In this document: in pieces, positions 58,645-64,000 of the stretch | Layout: each line of letters opens with the position of its first letter | How positions within the stretch are numbered: the stretch's first letter is position 1 | Source of the DNA: Nocardioides psychrotolerans | Lineage (GTDB): Bacteria; Actinomycetota; Actinomycetes; Propionibacteriales; Nocardioidaceae | NCBI RefSeq assembly: GCF_943371775.1 | Contig: NZ_CALRWD010000015.1 | Span: forward strand, 5,021 to 69,020 | Length of the DNA stretch: 64,000 nt | Reading direction: 5' to 3' | The notes under the pieces: model-generated | What the model was told of the DNA's origin: nothing | Databases searched by the model: none | What the model saw: the letters and a program-made list of their open reading frames with translations, nothing else | Translations under genes and position numbers: made by a program

Positions 58645-59377
58645 GCCCGATCAGGCCGTCGAGCATCGCCACCGCCGGACGCGTGGACACGCTGATGTGG
58701 TGGGAGCTGGACTGACGCCAGGGGACGTCGACCAGGTCCAATGCCCAGCAGCAGAGCTCTCGGATGTCTGGCGAGCGATTGGAGAACTGCCACCTCGGAT
58801 AGACGTAGTGCTTGAGCTCGCCTGCGACCATCCGGTGGACGCGGTTGCGGACGCGGGAGCCGTCGGAGTGGAAGAGCCCGCGGAGGAAGGGCGCAGGGTG
58901 CGCCTCGACGATCACACGCTGCCAGTCCTCCAGGACGATGGGGCGACCGTGCTTGGGGCCCGGCCCGTGCTGCGGCAGGACGCAGGCCCAGTGCGTCCAC
59001 GCTTTCTGCACGACGACACAGCCGGGTGCGAAGACGACATGGGTGGCAGCCGACGGGTGAGTCAGCTCGAGGAGCCGACGCACGTCCGCGATGATCGCGG
59101 GGTACGTCGAGTCGCAGGTGATGCGCAACGTCATGCAGCGTCGTGCCCGCGAGACGCATCCATCGCCGAGGTAGTAGCCGAGAAGGGCCGCGTAGACGTC
59201 GGGGGCCATCGGGGCATCAGCGCATCGCGGGCACTCGGATGGGCGCGGGGTCAGGTTGCCGTCACGCCACGTGCGCAGAGTCGAGCGGGCCACCCCGGAG
59301 AGACGAGCGCAGGCCGACAGCGTCATGCCGGACGCCAGCAACGCCTCGGCGTGCCGGCGGCGGGATGAGGAGTGCAC
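58634..59377 (-). CDS. HTH-domain protein with two LAGLIDADG-like motifs (free-standing homing-endonuclease-like fold)
   Basis: HTH: SACARLSGVARSTLRTW. CPRC. Motif 1 is YAALLGYYLGDGCVS and motif 2 FLRGLFHSDGSRV, about 100 aa apart. The start is uncertain: GTG 59377 was chosen because ATG 59443 would overlap the tRNA and ATG 59326 truncates the HTH. Confidence 0.7.
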   Translation of the reverse strand: MHSSSRRRHAEALLASGMTLSACARLSGVARSTLRTWRDGNLTPRPSECPRCADAPMAPDVYAALLGYYLGDGCVSRARRCMTLRITCDSTYPAIIADVRRLLELTHPSAATHVVFAPGCVVVQKAWTHWACVLPQHGPGPKHGRPIVLEDWQRVIVEAHPAPFLRGLFHSDGSRVRNRVHRMVAGELKHYVYPRWQFSNRSPDIRELCCWALDLVDVPWRQSSSHHISVSTRPAVAMLDGLIGLKQ

Positions 59378-59418
59378 GTCTGCAGCCAAGCGGACAGCGC
59401 CGACAGTCCTGCGCCTCG

Positions 59419-59491
59419 TGCCCCGGGTGGGATTCGAACCCACACTGAATGCTGTTTGAGAGCATCGACTCTGCCGTTGGTCTACCGGGGC
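59419..59491 (-). tRNA. Class-I (short variable loop) tRNA with anticodon CAA; isotype uncertain
   Basis: Minus-strand cloverleaf: GCCCCGG-TA-GACC-AACGGCAG-AGTC-G-ATGCT-CTCAAAC-AGCAT-TCAGT-GTGGG-TTCGAAT-CCCAC-CCGGGGC-A. There are 7/5/5 perfect stems and a canonical T-loop; the only mismatch is C13-A22. No CCA is encoded. Confidence 0.7.
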
Positions 59492-59535
59492 TGAACGGCC
59501 GAAACACTAGCCGATTCGTCCCCTGCACCCTCTAC

Positions 59536-59563
59536 TAGACATGGTCAATCGAAACACTATAGT
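59536..59563 (+). promoter_or_regulatory. Candidate sigma-70-type promoter (TAGACA-16 nt-TATAGT) upstream of the small ORF and pdtaR
   Basis: An AT-rich patch in a GC-rich genome. The -10 hexamer fits TANNNT. It is 42 nt upstream of ATG 59605. Confidence 0.4.
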
Positions 59564-59604
59564 TTAGGCTCCGACGACGAGGATGTCGGCGGTGGGAGGT
59601 CACC

Positions 59605-59772
59605 ATGTGGAACCCGTGGCAGTGGGCAGCAGCCAGCAACGAGCGCGCCGTGGTCAATGCCCGGGAGGCCGCCACGGCGTGCAGTCGTCGCCGGGTCGAG
59701 CGGCTCGAGGTCGAGCTGTTCCTCGAGTCCCTCATCGCACCGGACAGGAGCGCGGCTAGCCTGTCGTCGTGA
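59605..59772 (+). CDS. Candidate 55-aa ORF translationally coupled to pdtaR
   Basis: ATG is preceded by GGGAGG. Third positions are mostly G/C. The TGA overlaps the GTG start of pdtaR (GTGA). It is below the 60-aa cutoff of the ORF track. Confidence 0.4.
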   Translation: MWNPWQWAAASNERAVVNAREAATACSRRRVERLEVELFLESLIAPDRSAASLSS

Positions 59773-60398
59773 CCCAGGACGCCCCCGCCACCGCCGCCAG
59801 CGACGCCGCCGCGACGAGCCGCACCGTCGTGATCGCCGAGGACGAGACACTGATCCGGATGGATCTCGCCGAGATGCTCACCGAGGAGGGTTTCCGGGTC
59901 GTGGGGGAGGCCGGTGACGGCGCCAAGGCCATCGAGCTGGCCGAGCAGCACAAGCCCGACCTGGTCATCCTGGACGTCAAGATGCCTGTCCTCGACGGGA
60001 TCGCCGCCGCCGAGGCGATCGCGGGGAAGCGCATCGCCCCGGTCGTCATCCTGACTGCCTTCTCCCAGCGCGACCTGGTCGAGCGGGCACGGGACGCCGG
60101 CGCGATGGCCTACCTGGTGAAACCCTTCTCCAAGACCGACCTGCTCCCGGCGATCGAGATGGCGGTGAGCCGCTTCGCCGAGCTGAGCATGCTGGAGGCC
60201 GAGGTCGCGGACCTCACGGAGCGGCTGGAGACGCGCAAGGCGGTCGACCGGGCCAAGGGGGTCCTGCAGAAGCAGCTCCACCTGTCCGAGCCCGAGGCCT
60301 TCCGCTGGATCCAGAAGACGGCCATGGACCTGCGCCTGTCGATGCGTCAGGTCGCCGACGGTGTGGTGGAGCACGGTCCGATGTCGACCGGAGACTGA
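59769..60398 (+). CDS. pdtaR: Response regulator with ANTAR RNA-binding output domain (PdtaR orthologue)
   Basis: VVIAEDETLIRMDLAEML...DLVILDVKMP...APVVILTAFSQRDLVERARDAGAMAYLVKPF...RLETRKAVDRAKG is near-colinear with M. tuberculosis PdtaR as I recall it. Confidence 0.9.
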   Translation: MTQDAPATAASDAAATSRTVVIAEDETLIRMDLAEMLTEEGFRVVGEAGDGAKAIELAEQHKPDLVILDVKMPVLDGIAAAEAIAGKRIAPVVILTAFSQRDLVERARDAGAMAYLVKPFSKTDLLPAIEMAVSRFAELSMLEAEVADLTERLETRKAVDRAKGVLQKQLHLSEPEAFRWIQKTAMDLRLSMRQVADGVVEHGPMSTGD

Positions 60399-60505
60399 AC
60401 CGTTACCAAGTGAGCGGTCCCGAGTCGACCCCGCCGGGGGCATCTGGTGGTTATGCTGCCGCTCTGGACGGGCGTCATCGGACGCCCTACTGACGGGAGT
60501 CCTGC

Positions 60506-61828
60506 GTGCTACAGCGCCTGCTGACCTTGCTCGCCTTGCTGATGGTGCTGCTGTTCCCTGTGGCAGCAGCGCACGCGGGTGGCGAGACCGAGAGCCCGGC
60601 TCCCAGCCCGAGCGGCGAGCCTGCCCCCAGACCTGACGGCCCCTACGTGACGGTGCGCCTCGTCGACAAGGACAACGACGACGCCCCCGTGGTCGGAGTC
60701 ACGCTCACGGTCGTCAGCGAGGCGGGCGAGGAGATCGCGTCCGCGGCCACCGACGCCGACGGACGGATCATCGTCCCGATCCCGGCCCTCGGCGTCTACA
60801 CGGTCACCCTGGACGAGGCGACGCTGCCGGACGGCATCGAACTGTCCTCCTCGGTGGAGTCCGAGATCGAGGTGCGCGCGATCCTCGATGGTGCCAACGG
60901 CGGTCTGTTCCCGATCGGCACCCAGGAGGTCACGACCGTGTCCTTCGGGGAGCGCTTCATGACCAGCCTTACCTCGGGCATCAAGTTCGGCCTCATCGTC
61001 GCCCTGGCCGCCCTGGGCCTCTCGCTCATCTTCGGCACCACCGGGCTGACGAACTTCGCGCACGGCGAGCTCATCACCTTCGGCGCCATCATGACCTACG
61101 TCTTCAACCGGGGGCTGGGCCTGCCGGTGATCCTGGCCGGTGCGGGCGCGGTCCTGATGTCCGCCCTGTTCGGCTGGGTGCAAGAACGCGGGCTCTGGAG
61201 ACCGCTGCGCAAACGCGGCACCGGCCTGATCGCGATGATGATCGTCTCGATCGGCTTCGCGCTCCTGCTGCGCAACGTCTACCAGTACACGATCGGCAGC
61301 TCGCGCAAGTCGCTGAGCCAGTACGTCAGCCAGGCACGCACGGACTACGGACCGATCAGCCTGGCCGACAAGGAGCTGGCGATCATCGTCATCGCAGCGG
61401 TCACGATCGTCATCGCCTGCATCCTGCTGCTCAAGACGCGCCTCGGCAAGGCCATGCGTGCGGTGTCCGACAACCCCGCCCTGTCGGCTTCCTCGGGCAT
61501 GCGGGTCGACGGGGTCATCGCCTCGGTCTGGATCCTCGGGACCGCCCTGACGGGTCTCTCCGGCGTGCTCCTCGCGATCAACAGCCAGGTCAACTTCCTC
61601 ATGGGCTTCAAGCTCCTGCTTCTGGTGTTCGCAGCCGTGACACTGGGTGGTCTGGGCACCATCTGGGGCGCGCTCTTCGGCTCGATGGTGATCGGCATCA
61701 TGGTCGAGGTCGGCCCGCTGTTCGGCGTTCCGTCCTCCATCAAGGAGGTCGGCGCCCTGGTCGTCCTCATCCTGGTCCTGCTGATCCGTCCGCAGGGGAT
61801 CCTCGGACGACGCGAGCGGATCGGATGA
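60506..61828 (+). CDS. livH: Branched-chain amino acid ABC transporter permease (LivH type) with an N-terminal secreted beta-sandwich extension
   Basis: Signal peptide plus about 140 aa (YVTVRLVDKDNDDAPVVGVTLTVVSEAGEE...DGRIIVPIP), then a typical LivH core (GLTNFAHGEL...). Confidence 0.85.
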   Translation: MLQRLLTLLALLMVLLFPVAAAHAGGETESPAPSPSGEPAPRPDGPYVTVRLVDKDNDDAPVVGVTLTVVSEAGEEIASAATDADGRIIVPIPALGVYTVTLDEATLPDGIELSSSVESEIEVRAILDGANGGLFPIGTQEVTTVSFGERFMTSLTSGIKFGLIVALAALGLSLIFGTTGLTNFAHGELITFGAIMTYVFNRGLGLPVILAGAGAVLMSALFGWVQERGLWRPLRKRGTGLIAMMIVSIGFALLLRNVYQYTIGSSRKSLSQYVSQARTDYGPISLADKELAIIVIAAVTIVIACILLLKTRLGKAMRAVSDNPALSASSGMRVDGVIASVWILGTALTGLSGVLLAINSQVNFLMGFKLLLLVFAAVTLGGLGTIWGALFGSMVIGIMVEVGPLFGVPSSIKEVGALVVLILVLLIRPQGILGRRERIG

Positions 61829-61886
61829 CGACGATGAGCGCCGACCCCCGCCCCACGTCTGCTTCTCCCGAACGGAGCACCACACG

Positions 61887-63170
61887 ATGACCACGACGCC
61901 GCAGCAGAGGACCGCACCCGCAGTCCAGGCAGCCCGACCACACCCGCAGGCCATCACCTCGCTGGTCCTCGGGGTCGCCGGACTGACGCTGACCGCGGGC
62001 ATCACCTCACCGTTCGCCTGGTGGAAGGCGCAGCAGGCGCTCGCCTCGATCAAGGAGGCCCCCGACCAGTACCGCGGAAACGGGCTGGCCCAGATCGGTC
62101 GTGTGCTCGGCATGCTCGGCACGGTCCTGCTGGTGGTGTGGCTGGTCCTGGGCTTCGCGACCGACGCCCTGCCGGTGGACGTGGGCCAGGTCTTCAAGAC
62201 CGCCCTCAACCAGGCGCTCGGTCCCAACGCCATCGTCTACGCCCTCGCAGCGATCGGGCTCAACATCCACTTCGGCTACACCGGCCTGCTCAACTTCGGT
62301 CAGGCCGGCTTCATGGCCGTCGGTGCCTACGGTCTCGCGGTGTCGGTCGTCATCTTGGAGACGCCCTTCTGGCTCGGCATCGTCGCCGCCCTCGTGGCTC
62401 CGGTCGTGCTGGCCCTCGTCCTGGGCTTCCCGACGCTGCGGCTCCGAGCGGACTACCTCGCCATCGCGACCATCGCCACCGCCGAGATCCTCCGCCTGGC
62501 CTTCGGGTCGGTCGAGCTCAAGGACGCGTTCGGCGGCTCCAACGGCCTGACCGGCTACGCCAGCGCCTACCAGGACCTCAACCCCTACGGCGGCCCGCTG
62601 GACCTCGGATTCGTCGAGTTCAGCCAGAGGGACCTGTGGTCCGTCACCGTCGGGTGGACGCTCGTGGCGCTGTCGCTGCTCCTGGTGTGGGGACTCATGC
62701 GCAGCCCGTGGGGTCGTGTGCTGCGCTCCATCCGCGAGGACGAGGACGCCGTACGCTCCCTGGGCAAGAACGTCTTCGCCTACAAGATGCAGGCACTGAT
62801 CCTCGGCGGCGTCTTCGGTGGCCTGGCGGGCCTGTTCCTGGCGCTCAAACAGGCCTCCGTGGTCCCGGCCGACTACTCCACCAACATCACCTTCTTCGCC
62901 TACACCGCCCTGCTCATCGGTGGCGCCGCACGAGTCCTCGGCCCCCTCGCGGGTGCCGTGATCTTCTGGTTCCTCATCGCTGGTCTCGGCTCGTTCTTCG
63001 GCCAGGCCACCTCCGGTCCTGACCCGCTCATGCCGACGTTCATCATGGACGACACCCAGGCGAGCCTCGTGCGCTTCATCGTCACCGGGCTCGGCCTCAT
63101 GCTGCTGATGATCTTCCGACCACAGGGGATCTTCGGCGACCGAAGGGAGATCGCGATCGATGGACGCTGA
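61887..63170 (+). CDS. livM: Branched-chain amino acid ABC transporter permease (LivM type) with a DUF4190-like N-terminal extension
   Basis: Core motif GYTGLLNFGQAGFMAVGAY. The N-terminal ~90 aa carry two extra TM helices. Confidence 0.85.
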   Translation: MTTTPQQRTAPAVQAARPHPQAITSLVLGVAGLTLTAGITSPFAWWKAQQALASIKEAPDQYRGNGLAQIGRVLGMLGTVLLVVWLVLGFATDALPVDVGQVFKTALNQALGPNAIVYALAAIGLNIHFGYTGLLNFGQAGFMAVGAYGLAVSVVILETPFWLGIVAALVAPVVLALVLGFPTLRLRADYLAIATIATAEILRLAFGSVELKDAFGGSNGLTGYASAYQDLNPYGGPLDLGFVEFSQRDLWSVTVGWTLVALSLLLVWGLMRSPWGRVLRSIREDEDAVRSLGKNVFAYKMQALILGGVFGGLAGLFLALKQASVVPADYSTNITFFAYTALLIGGAARVLGPLAGAVIFWFLIAGLGSFFGQATSGPDPLMPTFIMDDTQASLVRFIVTGLGLMLLMIFRPQGIFGDRREIAIDGR

Positions 63171-64000
63171 CGCGCAGTCGACGAGCCAGAGCACCACTGC
63201 CACCACGAGGTCCGCGGTCGACCTCAGTGCGGTGCCCGCCGTCCCAGGAGCAGCCAAGCCCGACGCGCTCATCGTCGGGGACAACATCACCCGCAAGTTC
63301 GGCGGCCTCACCGCCGTCGACGTCGACCACATCGAGATCCAGCGCGGTGTCATCACCGCCCTGATCGGGCCCAACGGGGCCGGCAAGACCACGTTGTTCA
63401 ACCTGCTCACAGGCTTCGACGTGCCGGACTCCGGCTCCTGGAGCCTCAACGGCGGTTCGCTGGCCGGCGTCGCGTCCTACAAGGTCGCCCGCCGCGGCAT
63501 GGTCCGCACCTTCCAGCTGACCAAGGTGCTCTCCAAGCTCACCGTCATGGACAACATGCTGCTGGGGGCCACCGGCCAGCGTGGGGAGAAGCTCCTCTCG
63601 GCGCTGTTGCCCTTCCGCTGGCGCGCCCAGGAAGAGGCCAACGCCGAGCGTGCCAACGACCTCCTCGCCCGCTTCAAGCTCGATGCCAAGCGTGAGGACT
63701 TCGCCGGATCGCTCTCCGGAGGGCAGCGCAAGCTCCTCGAGATGGCGCGTGCGCTGATGGTGGACCCGGAGCTCATCATGCTCGACGAGCCGATGGCCGG
63801 GGTGAACCCGGCGCTGAAGCAGTCGCTGCTGGGCCACGTGAAGTCGCTGCGCGACGAGGGCCGCACGGTCCTCTTCGTCGAGCACGACATGGACATGGTG
63901 CGCGACATCTCCGACTGGGTCATCGTCATGGCCCAGGGCAAGATCGTCGCCGAGGGGACGCCCCAGGCCGTCATGCAGGACCCCGCCGTGATCGATGCCT
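63160..64000 (+). CDS. livG: Branched-chain amino acid ABC transporter ATP-binding protein (partial, runs off the window)
   Basis: ATG 63160 overlaps the livM end. My own translation gives Walker A GPNGAGKTT, signature LSGGQRKLLEMARAL and Walker B IMLDEPMAGVNP. It is absent from the ORF track because there is no stop codon in the window. Confidence 0.85.
   Translation, partial: MDADAQSTSQSTTATTRSAVDLSAVPAVPGAAKPDALIVGDNITRKFGGLTAVDVDHIEIQRGVITALIGPNGAGKTTLFNLLTGFDVPDSGSWSLNGGSLAGVASYKVARRGMVRTFQLTKVLSKLTVMDNMLLGATGQRGEKLLSALLPFRWRAQEEANAERANDLLARFKLDAKREDFAGSLSGGQRKLLEMARALMVDPELIMLDEPMAGVNPALKQSLLGHVKSLRDEGRTVLFVEHDMDMVRDISDWVIVMAQGKIVAEGTPQAVMQDPAVIDA

Noticed and set aside
59378-59443. 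ATG 59443 as the start of the HTH-LAGLIDADG-like gene.
   Set aside because: It would place the first 8 codons inside the tRNA gene (59419-59491). Internal GTG 59377 keeps the complete HTH without overlapping the tRNA. The start remains uncertain.
60470-60487. Hairpin as a canonical ANTAR target.
   Set aside because: It has a tetraloop, not the paired hexaloops (A..G..) described for ANTAR substrates, and no second stem-loop partner was found by eye.

Overview
High-GC actinobacterial chromosome. Gene order matches the Mycobacterium/Streptomyces glnA-lipAB-dlaT-pepA-gcvT block and the hisI-trpCBA-lgt-gltBD-pyk-pdtaR-liv block. The window has two parts.

(1) Bases 1 to about 13320 are a visibly more A/T-rich mosaic mobile/defence island abutting glnA. 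It carries an AbiTii-like gene and a CoiA-like nuclease gene split by one in-frame TAG. It also carries a translationally coupled pair (unknown 222-aa acidic-tailed protein plus XRE-HTH/ImmA-IrrE metallopeptidase) behind an AT-rich palindromic operator. Further along are a XerC/D-like recombinase, a Gabija-like OLD-nuclease/UvrD-helicase pair and an internal fragment of a second recombinase gene. The island ends with two orphan genes and a phage-type integrase with excisionase.

(2) Bases 13430 to 64000 are conserved core genes: glnA, lipA/lipB, sucB, lpd, pepA, gcvT, thyA, folA, two ABC exporters, a 1341-aa secreted repeat protein, hisI, trpCBA, lgt, gltBD, pyk, pdtaR and livHMG. Several features in the core are not explained by the genes:
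- two families of long palindromic/tandem intergenic repeats;
- a 70-bp direct duplication flanking a small zinc-ribbon ORF;
- a GlnR-box-like array upstream of glnA;
- a well-formed class-I tRNA with a Leu (CAA) anticodon;
- next to that tRNA, a free-standing HTH plus double-LAGLIDADG-like protein.

The best candidate for an undescribed system is the unknown-protein/HTH-ImmA operon at 2909-4760. All family assignments come from motif reading only; no database search was possible.
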